Shown one piece after another: positions 17,822 through 26,821 of a stretch of DNA of 36,127 nucleotides. The stretch lies in NCBI GenBank assembly GCA_028275325.1, contig JAPWUW010000003.1, forward strand, positions 1 to 36,127. The letters run 5' to 3'. The stretch comes from Anaerolineae bacterium. GTDB lineage: Bacteria > Chloroflexota > Anaerolineae > DRVO01. The first letter of the stretch is position 1. Every line of letters starts with the position of its first letter. Below the pieces are notes generated by a model. The model was given only the letters and a program-made list of their open reading frames with translations. It was not told the origin of the DNA and ran no database searches. The position numbers were made by a program, and so were the translations under genes.

Positions 17822-18710
17822 CGCTAAACCTCGCCACATCCGCGCGCAGCTTGAGCAGCGCAAGGTCCTTAGCGCGTGCCTCCAGGAAGACGTCACAATC
17901 GCCAAGTGGCAGAACCGTCGCCGCAAAATCCGCGAAGGCAAAGGGGTCAACAAAATCGGCGTGCGCCACGGCTGAAGGGGCGCGCCCATGCTCCAAGTTT
18001 GTCCTAGGGGTGGAAAAATGCACTTCCGGACGCTCGCCTGGCCGCCAGGTGCGCCAGGCCGCTTGCAGCACCTCAGCCAGGCCCTGTGCCTCGCCGCCAG
18101 TACAGCGGTAGTGCTGGTAATCGAATACCAGAGGCAGGCTGCACTCCAGTGAGAGCGCAAGCAACGTAGCCAAAGAGGCTCCACTTGGCTCATTTTCGAG
18201 CGCCAGCCGGCCCTGCACCGCTGCCGGCAGGCAGCTGAACCCTTCCCGGAACCCCTGTGGGTCGGCTGCATGGACCACAATGCGGCACTCAGGCCCGAGC
18301 TCAAGCGAGTCCAGGAGCTCAGCCCACGCGCAGGCGGCGGCGAGGGCACCTTCCCTTCGCTGCGGTTCTGCTGCGGCCAGCTGTACCTGCAGGAACGGAT
18401 GCGCGGTGAGCCTCACTCCCTCTCTGCCCATAAGCTCCGCCACCCAACGCAGAACGCTCGCGCTCTCTTGCAGCTCCTCGCGGAAGGCCACGAGGTCATC
18501 CCGGCAGAAAACGGGGACAAACTGGCTGGCCAGCCGGTAGAACCTGATCCCAAGCTCCAGCGCCGTCTGCAGCAGGTCGGAAAGGCACACCAAGCTGACG
18601 CTGAGGTGCCGCCTGCTGAGCGGCAAACGAGTATCATGCGTTGCAATATCAGGCCTCGTGAGCAGGCGAGGGCCAGTTCCCAGCCTGAGCAACCTGCCCT
18701 CCCACCGCAT
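17799..18710 (-). CDS. uvsE: UV DNA damage endonuclease UvsE/UvdE
   Basis: HLSVSL, IRFYRLAS, RLTAHP, IVVH, LALENE, FDYQH, VHFS, HADFV and LEARAKDLAL; metal-ligand pattern appears retained. Confidence 0.88.
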   Translation of the reverse strand: MRWEGRLLRLGTGPRLLTRPDIATHDTRLPLSRRHLSVSLVCLSDLLQTALELGIRFYRLASQFVPVFCRDDLVAFREELQESASVLRWVAELMGREGVRLTAHPFLQVQLAAAEPQRREGALAAACAWAELLDSLELGPECRIVVHAADPQGFREGFSCLPAAVQGRLALENEPSGASLATLLALSLECSLPLVFDYQHYRCTGGEAQGLAEVLQAAWRTWRPGERPEVHFSTPRTNLEHGRAPSAVAHADFVDPFAFADFAATVLPLGDCDVFLEARAKDLALLKLRADVARFSGGRIELG

Positions 18711-18748
18711 GGTGCCCTCGCCTCACGGCGCGCCATGCAGTGGCAGGC

Positions 18749-18777
18749 AGTGTACCCCAGAGCCCGCTAGCTGCCAA
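18749..18777 (-). promoter_or_regulatory. Sigma70-type promoter for uvsE
   Basis: TTGGCA (18777-18772), 17 nt spacer, TACACT (18754-18749). Confidence 0.55.
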
Positions 18778-18852
18778 ACGCTTCGCTCAGTTTCGCTGTC
18801 GCTGCGGCTTTGCGGCCATCAATCCAGCCCGAGCCACAGCCTCGGAGCGAAC

Positions 18853-20508
18853 TCACACTTTCTCAGGCCGAGAAGCAGCCCGGTAAGCCGCCCGGCTCCG
18901 GTAGTGGCCATTGCTGCCACCTCCCTCCAGGATGGCCTCGGCCTCCTCCCGGTAAGCTTCCATCACGTAGGGGATGCCGGAGATCCTCGCCGCTTCTTCC
19001 GTCAGCGCCATGAGGTCACTGCGCGAAAGCGAGCCGATGCTGAACTTGCGGCTGCCAGCCATAAGCTGCTGCAAGCCCACGCGGAACTTCTCGATGAAGG
19101 TGTAAAGGCCAATGGCTCCCAACGGCAGGTTCTTTACCTCGTCCCCGTACTTGTTTCTGAGCTCATGGTAGGTGACGAATATCTCTTCCACCGAGTTGCC
19201 ATACTGGGCCACGTTCTTCGGCAACTTCCCCTCACACAGCCACTGGCCTATGTTCTTCCCGACGAAGACAGGGATACAGAGTGCTCGGCCCATGCAAACC
19301 GCCTTGACGTAGGGCGCGCCCATCGCTAGTGCCTTGAAGACGCCATCCTCGCTGGAGAAGCCGCCGCCGATAGCTATATCCGGCACTCGCAGCCCCTTAG
19401 ATGCCAGCTTCTCACAAAACTGATAGGTCAGCGCCTCGAGGTAAAACGTAGGGATTCCCCATTCCTCCATCATCGGCCAGGGGCTCATCCCCGTGCCGCC
19501 AGGCGCGCCATCGATCGTGATGAGGTCAAGCTGCGCTTCAGCGCCGTAGCGAAGCGCCATCGCAAGCTCCACGGGCGAGTAAGCGCCGGTTTTCAGTGTG
19601 ACTCGCCTGAAGCCCAAGCGCCGTAACCGGTCGACCTCTGCCAGGAACCCTTCTTTCGTCACGAACCCGAGGCGCGAATGCCGCTCGAACTCGCGCACCG
19701 CGCCGGCACGGTAAGCGGCCTGTACAGCGGGGTCAGACGGATCCGGTGTGACTAGGTAGCCCCGCCTTTGCAGCGCCAGTGCTTCCTCGATGCTGCGCAC
19801 CTTGATCTCGCCGCCAATGCACTTGGCCCCCTGGCCCCATTTGAGCTCGATTGTCTCCAGCCCGTGCTTAGACGCCACGTACTCGGCCACGCCCAGGCGC
19901 GTGTCCTCCACGTTCATCTGGACCAGGATCTCACCGTAGCCCTCGTGGTAGCGCTGGTAGGACCTGATCCGCCGATCCATCTCCGGACTGCTGGCGATCT
20001 TGCCATCCGCACCCAGCTCAAGCTGCGGGTCCACCCCACAAACGTTCTCCCCGCACACGAGCGTGATACCCGAGATCGCTGCGCCAACGGCGAAGTGCTC
20101 CCAGTTGCGCCGCGCCACCTCCGTGGAGCCAAGCGCGCCGGTGAACACCGGCACACGCATGCGGACTTTGCGCTCCCAGCCATAGGCTGTCTCGGTGTTC
20201 ACGCGGGTGAACAGCGCCTCATCACTGCCGGGCTCGCCGCCCTCCAGCCAACCGTCGATGCCGACGGCATAGCCCTGTATGTTGAGGTGGGAATAATCGA
20301 CGGGATAGTTCTTGTCGCCGCCCGCGGTTATCTCGCCGAATGGCCCGGGATAGAGAACCTCTCGGCCGCGAAAAGAGGCCTTGAAAATGTCACAATTCCC
20401 AGTACAGCCATCGATACAGCGCGTGCAGATGCCTGATGAGGGCACAACATTGCGGGACCGGTTGTAGGTGCCAAGAGCTTCGTTTGCATTCGGCTGACGC
20501 AGGTTCAT
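18853..20508 (-). CDS. FMN-binding glutamate synthase family protein (stand-alone synthase domain)
   Basis: N-terminal CTRCIDGCTGNC, GALGST, ELKWGQGAKCIGGE, LKTG, IDGAPGGTGMSP, IGGG and KALAMGA; GGGAGG RBS. Confidence 0.9.
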   Translation of the reverse strand: MNLRQPNANEALGTYNRSRNVVPSSGICTRCIDGCTGNCDIFKASFRGREVLYPGPFGEITAGGDKNYPVDYSHLNIQGYAVGIDGWLEGGEPGSDEALFTRVNTETAYGWERKVRMRVPVFTGALGSTEVARRNWEHFAVGAAISGITLVCGENVCGVDPQLELGADGKIASSPEMDRRIRSYQRYHEGYGEILVQMNVEDTRLGVAEYVASKHGLETIELKWGQGAKCIGGEIKVRSIEEALALQRRGYLVTPDPSDPAVQAAYRAGAVREFERHSRLGFVTKEGFLAEVDRLRRLGFRRVTLKTGAYSPVELAMALRYGAEAQLDLITIDGAPGGTGMSPWPMMEEWGIPTFYLEALTYQFCEKLASKGLRVPDIAIGGGFSSEDGVFKALAMGAPYVKAVCMGRALCIPVFVGKNIGQWLCEGKLPKNVAQYGNSVEEIFVTYHELRNKYGDEVKNLPLGAIGLYTFIEKFRVGLQQLMAGSRKFSIGSLSRSDLMALTEEAARISGIPYVMEAYREEAEAILEGGGSNGHYRSRAAYRAASRPEKV

Positions 20509-20526
20509 TCTTTTCCTCCCACTGCC

Positions 20527-20622
20527 CAAGGGGTTCGTCTGCTCGTCGCCACAACCTGCGCGCTGCTTTCACAGCGCCACGCGCGGCACCGCCAACTACG
20601 CCCTTGCAAACTCGGCAATGAG
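20527..20622 (-). promoter_or_regulatory. Structured 5' leader with ANTAR-like twin hairpins and a competing long hairpin
   Basis: CUC-AUUGCC-GAG and UGC-AAGGGC-GUA (3-bp stems, 6-nt loops with A1/G4). The second overlaps an 80-nt imperfect hairpin capped by GCGCUGU-GAAA-GCAGCGC. TATAAT at 20664-20659. Confidence 0.45.
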
Positions 20623-20701
20623 ATCAAGCCCGCGTCGGCCCGACCGTTTGAACACACTATTATAGGCCAGCCTGTCAAAAGCGCAGATCGATTCTCTTGC
20701 G

Positions 20702-22072
20702 TTATTCCACTGCGCCAGAAGCCATCTCATACGTGCCCTGGATCCCCTTGACCAGCCGCGCGCGCCCTGACCGGAAGAAGGGGCTGCCGAATTGGCGCAC
20801 CAGGCTTGCGGCCACTTCCGGGTGTTCATCGATCAGGTTCCTTGTCTCCCGCTCGTCCACCTGCAGGTCGTAGAGCTCATCTGGTTGGCCTTCAGGGCGA
20901 AGGATCAGGCTCCAGCGCTCGTCCCGTATGCAGCGATCCTCACCCTCGTGGTAACCGGCGATGATGGCCTCCCGGTGCTCTTCCCGTTCCCCAAGCACAA
21001 CCCGGCAGAAGCTGCGGCCCTGCATCACCTCCGCGCACTTGCCCAGCCCAAGCAAATCCAGCAGCGTCGGCAACACGTCGTGGAACTGCACAAGTGCTCG
21101 CCGCCGCCCAGCGTGAGCCCCGCCTGGCAGATGCAACATGAACGGCACCTTGAGGAGCTCGCTGTACAGCCGATCCGCCCCCTTCAAGAACTTGCCGTGA
21201 TCCCCGAGCGGGTGGCCGTGATCGGCTACAATGCAGACAACCGAATCGTCCAGATAGCCCAAGCCAGAAAGCGCTTCGAAGAGGTCCCCCAGACAGTGAT
21301 CGACGAAGCTCGCCTCCCCTGCGTAGAGCGCCCGGATGTGCTGCGCCTCTTCCTCGGTTGCCCATTCTCTGTAATGGCCACCCATGGGCATTATCAAGCG
21401 CTTGCCCCGGTACCCCGGATCCCCGTATGTGTCAAAGCGCGCTGGAGGATCCCACGGCTCATGTGGATCAAAGCTATCGATCCACAGAAACAGCGGCCTG
21501 CGCTGGCGGTTGCGCTCCAGCCAGTTGGTTGCCTCGCGCACAACCCGAGCTGGGAACCAATCCGCCTCTGAGGTGAACTCATCAGTGTTGGCGAGGAACT
21601 GCGCCACACGCTGCCGCCACAAGGGCGGGTAATGCTCGTTGACGTAGTCATCGAGGTTGCGCCGTGTCGGACCGGATTCGTACGGGTCGTACTCCTGGCC
21701 GCGAATCCACCGGTAGCTGTGGAAGCCCCTGTGAAAGTTCATGCCAGGCGCTCGATAGTGGTAACAATCGGAGATGAGCCCACAGGTATAGCCCTCGCGC
21801 CGCAGTATCTCCGCCACTGTGAGGTCGCTTGGAGTCAGCGGCTGCCACGGACGAAAGGGCAAGGTCCACTGCCCAGTCATAAGGGCAGTGCGCACCGGGA
21901 TCGTGGGCAAACCCTCCGGGTAAGCGTTCTCAAAGACAACACACTCGCGGGCAAAGCGATCCAAGTTGGGCGTCTCACACGGGCGCAGGCCGGGAAAGGC
22001 AGGCCGACCCTGATGGTAGAAGCCAATGTGGTCCTGACGGAAGCTATCCAGCATGAGAAAAACGAGGTTCAC
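20702..22072 (-). CDS. Sulfatase-like hydrolase
   Basis: NLVFLMLDSFRQD, TPNLD, TIPVRTALMTG, FDPHEPW, ADHG, KVPF and DVLPTLL; AGGAGG RBS. Confidence 0.9.
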   Translation of the reverse strand: MNLVFLMLDSFRQDHIGFYHQGRPAFPGLRPCETPNLDRFARECVVFENAYPEGLPTIPVRTALMTGQWTLPFRPWQPLTPSDLTVAEILRREGYTCGLISDCYHYRAPGMNFHRGFHSYRWIRGQEYDPYESGPTRRNLDDYVNEHYPPLWRQRVAQFLANTDEFTSEADWFPARVVREATNWLERNRQRRPLFLWIDSFDPHEPWDPPARFDTYGDPGYRGKRLIMPMGGHYREWATEEEAQHIRALYAGEASFVDHCLGDLFEALSGLGYLDDSVVCIVADHGHPLGDHGKFLKGADRLYSELLKVPFMLHLPGGAHAGRRRALVQFHDVLPTLLDLLGLGKCAEVMQGRSFCRVVLGEREEHREAIIAGYHEGEDRCIRDERWSLILRPEGQPDELYDLQVDERETRNLIDEHPEVAASLVRQFGSPFFRSGRARLVKGIQGTYEMASGAVE

Positions 22073-22120
22073 GGCAGTCCTCCTGCTACCGGGCCGCGTT
22101 CGGCTCCGCGGGGATCTTGG

Positions 22121-23257
22121 TTACAGCTCTCTCCAGCGCTTGTGCAGCCGCATGCTAATTGCATCGCGAAAGCGGCGCCACTGCCGGCGCAACCGCGAGC
22201 GCCAGGCAGCCAATCGATAGCGCCAACGATAGTAGAAGGCTAGCCAGCCCCGCGGCAGTGCTGTCGGCACGCGATCCCACACGATAGCCGCAGCACCCCA
22301 GGTCAAGCCAGCACCGAAGCCAGCAAGCACGACCAGATCCCCCTCCTTCAGGCGGCCGGTCTCGATAGCATGGCAGAGAGCAATCGGGATGGAAGCAGCG
22401 GAAGTATTCCCGCACCAATCGATAACATCAACAACCCGCTCGTTTTCCAGGCCAAGCTGGCGCGCCACAGCCGCGGTAATGCGTGCGTTCGCCTGGTGAG
22501 GGATGAAAAGGTCAACATCACCCACGTCCATGTTCAGCTGCTCCAACAGTGCGCGCGTCACGCGCGGGACCACCCCAACGGCGAAACGAAACACCTCACG
22601 GCCATTCATGCGCAGGTAGTGAAGCCCATTGGATACAGTCTCAGCCGAAGCTGGCTGACGGCAGCCCCCTGCCGGCACATAAAGCAGCTCCCAGCCAGAG
22701 CCATCACAGCCCCAAGTCGTCCCCACAACCCCGCCAGGCAGCTCTGATGCCTGCAGCACAATCGCACCAGCACCATCCCCAAAGAGCACGCATGTGGAGC
22801 GATCCTGCCAGTTCACGAAGCGCGAGAGCGTATCAGCTCCAATGACAAGCACATTGCGCGCGCTTCCAGCTCTTATAGCCTGGTCGGCAAGCGCAAGGGC
22901 ATAGACAAACCCGCTGCACCCGGCGCTGACGTCGAACGCGGCAGCCTGTGTCGCGCCGATGGCATCCTGCACCAAGCAAGCGGTGGCCGGGAAAATGAAG
23001 TCCGGCGTGATGGTCGCCACAATGATGAGGTCCAGCTTGGCCGGGTCGAGCTGACTGCATTGCAGGGCTGCCTTGGCCGCCTCCACCGCCATGGTGGCTG
23101 TGCTCTCATGAGGTCCAGCAATGCGACGCTCCCGAATCCCAGTGCGCTCCTGGATCCACTCGTCGGTCGTGTCGATCTGCTTTTCCAATGTCTCGTTATC
23201 CATGCGCCGGGACGGCAAATAATAGCCCCAGCCCACCACATGAGCGCTCACCGGCAT
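22121..23257 (-). CDS. fabH: 3-oxoacyl-ACP synthase III
   Basis: WIQERTGIRERR, AGCSGF (Cys), LFGDGAGA, PHQAN (His), GNTSAAS (Asn) and GFGAGLTWG. Confidence 0.95.
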   Translation of the reverse strand: MPVSAHVVGWGYYLPSRRMDNETLEKQIDTTDEWIQERTGIRERRIAGPHESTATMAVEAAKAALQCSQLDPAKLDLIIVATITPDFIFPATACLVQDAIGATQAAAFDVSAGCSGFVYALALADQAIRAGSARNVLVIGADTLSRFVNWQDRSTCVLFGDGAGAIVLQASELPGGVVGTTWGCDGSGWELLYVPAGGCRQPASAETVSNGLHYLRMNGREVFRFAVGVVPRVTRALLEQLNMDVGDVDLFIPHQANARITAAVARQLGLENERVVDVIDWCGNTSAASIPIALCHAIETGRLKEGDLVVLAGFGAGLTWGAAAIVWDRVPTALPRGWLAFYYRWRYRLAAWRSRLRRQWRRFRDAISMRLHKRWREL

Positions 23258-23362
23258 CCCAAAAGCCACCCCAAGCTCTTTGCTTGCCAGCAATCCAGCA
23301 AAGCTACCGCTTGCTGGCAAGGCCTGCTAATTCTAACCCGAGCCCCCCTTGCCCGTTGCAGC

Positions 23363-24256
23363 TCAAGCCGCGGCGAACGCGACTCTCGCGATGGGCACGA
23401 CATGCTCAGGGAGCTGCAATTCCTGCCTGGTCGCAGGCTCGAGATCCGCCAGCCCCTCACAAATACAGTTTACACCCTGGGCCACCAACGCCAGGTACAG
23501 GTGACAAGCGGCGATCCCTGCATCCAGGCGGTAGTACGGCTTCCCGGGACGGCTATTGCCGCGCTGTGGTCGGCTGTCAGCAAAGACAAGAACCTCGCTG
23601 GCCCGCACCAGAAAGTACCACGGTTGCACGTTGCTCCAGGAAGGGGCAAGCCGAGCCAAATCCAGCGCCCGCTCGAGCGAGGGCGCAAGCAGCTTCTGTT
23701 CCACAGGCCGGCCCCACGTTCCGGCAAAGGCCACTTCTCCCAGCGGCTTACGCGCTCCGCGCCGCGCAGCGAACGTCTCGACCGCGGCGTAGGCCGCCCG
23801 AGCAGCTATGCCCCGTGCCGGCCACCCCACTGGGCTCAAGGCGACAATCTCTGCTTTGGAGGCGCCGACCGCGTGTGCCAGTGCATCCGACGCCCTGAAC
23901 GCGCCTGTCCAACACGTGCCCAGCCCAAGAGCTGTGGCCTGCAGGATCACCTGCTCCCCGCGGAAGCCAACCTCCTCCATCCTGAAGGGATGCGCTGGTG
24001 CATGCATGATCAGGTAGTAGGGGGCTGGCCGGACTGGGAGGATGGCCCCCACTGCGATCCGGCTCGAGATCGCTGCGTACGGCAAGAGGGAGATGCGCAC
24101 CTGCACGTCGCCCCGCAAGGGCACCACATTGTGCAGTGCTTGCTGCAGTTGCTCCAGCACTCTCAGCGGGATAGGATCAGCCCGGTAGGCCCGCACGCTG
24201 TGGCGCGCGGCCATGGCACCCAACCAATCGCAGCCATCTGGAGCATGTTCCGACAT
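23363..24256 (-). CDS. Tandem-domain nitroreductase family protein
   Basis: RHSVRAY, GLGTCW, ARLAPSWSNVQPW and LDAGIAACH; GGGAGG RBS. Confidence 0.87.
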   Translation of the reverse strand: MSEHAPDGCDWLGAMAARHSVRAYRADPIPLRVLEQLQQALHNVVPLRGDVQVRISLLPYAAISSRIAVGAILPVRPAPYYLIMHAPAHPFRMEEVGFRGEQVILQATALGLGTCWTGAFRASDALAHAVGASKAEIVALSPVGWPARGIAARAAYAAVETFAARRGARKPLGEVAFAGTWGRPVEQKLLAPSLERALDLARLAPSWSNVQPWYFLVRASEVLVFADSRPQRGNSRPGKPYYRLDAGIAACHLYLALVAQGVNCICEGLADLEPATRQELQLPEHVVPIARVAFAAA

Positions 24257-24525
24257 CAGGATGCCTCCCGCAAAGAGAGCTTGCAAGGCGCCGCTCTAAC
24301 TCAGCGCCACTCCGAGCAAGCAACCCGAACCACGGCGGGCCGCAGCTTTGCTTCGGCCGCGCTGTCGACCTGCCCTCATTGCCCTGCGCCGCACCAGCAC
24401 AGCACAGATGCGCATAGGTTCTGCAGCCTGGCACCGGCACGACTCCGAACGAGCGCGAGGCGCCTAATGCAAGAAACTCCAGGCTGCATCACCCTCTCGC
24501 ATTAGCGCAAGCTTCTTCTTGCCAT

Positions 24526-24534
24526 GCTAAAATG
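24526..24534 (+). promoter_or_regulatory. Extended -10 element for yjbQ/radical SAM operon (a divergent TATAAT lies at 24543-24538 on minus)
   Basis: TGCTAAAAT matches TGnTAnnnT in an AT-rich patch between divergent genes. Confidence 0.45.
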
Positions 24535-24558
24535 AAAATTATAGGCAGAGGAGCAGCA

Positions 24559-24957
24559 ATGCCAAGAGTGCTCATTGTCCAGACGACGAGGCGCTCGGAA
24601 CTTGTGGACATCACAGAGCTGGTGGCACAAGAAGTTGAGCGAGCCGGGCTTAAGCAGGGCCTGTGCGCGCTGTTTGTGCCACACACCACAGCTGCCATAA
24701 CCTTGAACGAGAACGCCGACCCCTCAGTTCGGGAGGACTTGCTTGCCTTCCTGGAGCGGGCAGTCCCATGGGCCGGCCCATACAGGCACTTGGAGGGAAA
24801 TGCTGCTGCTCACATCAAGGCGAGCCTGCTCGGTGCCTCTGTTCTCATCCCGGTGCAAGGTTCGCGTCTTCAGTTGGGCACTTGGCAAGGCATCTACCTG
24901 GCTGAGTTCGATGGCCCTCGGCAGCGACGCGTGCTCCTGGACCTAGTGGCAACGTGA
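24559..24957 (+). CDS. yjbQ: YjbQ/UPF0047 (secondary thiamine-phosphate synthase) family protein
   Basis: FVPHTTAAITLNENADPSV, YRHLEGNAAAHIKASL and LGTWQGIYLAEFDGPR; GAGGAG RBS. Confidence 0.93.
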   Translation: MPRVLIVQTTRRSELVDITELVAQEVERAGLKQGLCALFVPHTTAAITLNENADPSVREDLLAFLERAVPWAGPYRHLEGNAAAHIKASLLGASVLIPVQGSRLQLGTWQGIYLAEFDGPRQRRVLLDLVAT

Positions 24958-26816
24958 TCGATACCACCCCCATCCCAACCGCACTGCTCGACCGGCTGCT
25001 GCGCCGAGTGGAGAGGCCAGCGCGCTACACGAATGCCGAATGGAATGCGGTCGTTCGACCGTGGGAAGCAGCGAAGGTTCATCTCGTTCTCGCCTTTGCT
25101 GACGTCTACGAGGTTGGCATGTCCAACCTGGGCATGAGCATCCTCTACGACATTGTGAACCGCCAACCTGGCATGCTCGCAGAACGTGCCTACGCACCCT
25201 GGCCGGATATGGCGGCTGCCCTGCAGGAAGCCCACCTGCCGCTCTTTTCACTCGAGAGCAGGCGACCTCTCGCCGCTTTCGATGTCGTCGGTTTCTCGCT
25301 TGGTTACGAGCTCAACTTCACGACGATGCTCAAGATGCTCTCGCTCGCACGCCTGCCTTTGCGCTCCGCAGAGCGCACTGATGCTCTGCCCCTTGTCATT
25401 GCCGGAGGGGCCGCATGTTACAACCCAGAGCCTATCTGGGCATTCTGCGACCTTGTAGTTATCGGCGATGGGGAAGAAGCGCTCGTTGAGCTCCTCTTGC
25501 TTTACAGCGCTTACCTTGAGCAAGGTATCCGCGCCAACGCGCAAAACAGAGAGGGCAAGACCGATTTCCTGGCCCGTGCTGCCAGGCTCGAGGGGGTCTA
25601 CGTTCCCGAGTTCTATGAGCCACAGTACAGCGAGGGTGGCCGCTTTCTTGGCCTGAGGCCTGTTCGCGCTGGGGTGCCGTCAAGGGTTCGCTCTCGCACT
25701 GTGATGCCACTGCCCTCGCCCCCCACAAAACCAGTCGTCCCATACGTGGAGGTAGTACACGACCGAGCTACGATCGAGGTCAGGCGCGGATGTGGTCAAG
25801 GTTGTCGCTTTTGCCAGGCTGGCATGGTCTACCGACCGGTGCGCGAGCGCCCTCCACACGAGATCATCGCGGCGGCTAAGGAGCTACTGCTGAACACCGG
25901 GTACGACGAGCTCGGGCTCCTCTCGCTCAGCACCTGCGACTACCGCGGCATAGAAAAGCTCATCGAGCAGTTGCAAGCAGAACTTGGCGAGGAGATCGCA
26001 ATCTCGCTGCCTTCGTTGCGGCTAGATTCCTTCTCCGTGCAATTGGCAGAGAGGGTGGAAAAACGCCGCCGGCCAGGTTTGACCTTTGCGCCAGAAGCTG
26101 GCACGCAGCGCCTCAGGGATGTCATAAATAAGAAGGTAACCGAAGAGCAGCTCTATGAGGTTGCCGAGCTCGTCTTCAGCCGGGGCTGGCGGCGGATCAA
26201 GCTTTACTTCATGATCGGCCTGCCCACAGAAACAGATGAGGACGTCTACGGCATCGTGCACCTTTGCCGGCGGGTGCTTGCCATTGGGCGGCGCCACCAT
26301 GGCAACAGGGCTTCCGTCTCGGTTAGCGTGGCCACCTTCATCCCCAAGCCGCATACACCGTTCCAGTGGGTGGCCTACATCGCCGAGGCCGATCTGCAGT
26401 GCCGGCTGGACATCCTCCGCCGGGGCCTGCGCAAGGCAGGTCTGGAGCTATCCTGGCACGACCCGCGCATGAGCTACGTCGAAGCAGTGCTCGCCCGAGG
26501 GGACAGGCGGTGCGCCGCGATCTTGGAGCAGGCTTACACTATGGGGGCCTGGCTGGACCCTTGGGACGAGCACTTTCGCTGGCAGGCGTGGCAGGAGGCA
26601 CTACATGCTGCTGCTTTTCCCGTCGAGGACTACGTACGTTCCCCCTGGCCCCTTGATGCGCCACTGCCCTGGGAATTCATCGACACAGGCGTGCACCGCA
26701 GTTTCCTTCAGCGCGAATACGCGCGCGCACTCGAGGGCCAGCTCACGCCCGATTGCTTCGAGCAGTGCAGCGGCTGCGGCGTATCGCAGGCGCGAGCAAT
26801 CCGCTGCTGGGAATAG
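24954..26816 (+). CDS. TIGR03960-type radical SAM protein
   Basis: PARY, DVYEVGMSNLG, NPEP, CGQGCRFC (CxxxCxxC), LPSLR, TFAPEAG, KLYFMIGLP and PKPHTPFQW. Confidence 0.9.
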   Translation: MIDTTPIPTALLDRLLRRVERPARYTNAEWNAVVRPWEAAKVHLVLAFADVYEVGMSNLGMSILYDIVNRQPGMLAERAYAPWPDMAAALQEAHLPLFSLESRRPLAAFDVVGFSLGYELNFTTMLKMLSLARLPLRSAERTDALPLVIAGGAACYNPEPIWAFCDLVVIGDGEEALVELLLLYSAYLEQGIRANAQNREGKTDFLARAARLEGVYVPEFYEPQYSEGGRFLGLRPVRAGVPSRVRSRTVMPLPSPPTKPVVPYVEVVHDRATIEVRRGCGQGCRFCQAGMVYRPVRERPPHEIIAAAKELLLNTGYDELGLLSLSTCDYRGIEKLIEQLQAELGEEIAISLPSLRLDSFSVQLAERVEKRRRPGLTFAPEAGTQRLRDVINKKVTEEQLYEVAELVFSRGWRRIKLYFMIGLPTETDEDVYGIVHLCRRVLAIGRRHHGNRASVSVSVATFIPKPHTPFQWVAYIAEADLQCRLDILRRGLRKAGLELSWHDPRMSYVEAVLARGDRRCAAILEQAYTMGAWLDPWDEHFRWQAWQEALHAAAFPVEDYVRSPWPLDAPLPWEFIDTGVHRSFLQREYARALEGQLTPDCFEQCSGCGVSQARAIRCWE

Positions 26817-26821
26817 AAAAG

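Noticed and set aside
20527-20655. glnA glutamine riboswitch or SRP RNA
   Set aside because: Their consensus cores (GGAAGUA...GAAGGAACG; CAGG-GGAA-AGCAG helix) are not present.
20659-20678. Perfect TTGACA and TATAAT as one promoter
   Set aside because: They are only 8 nt apart and cannot act as a -35/-10 pair; only the -10 is used as weak support.
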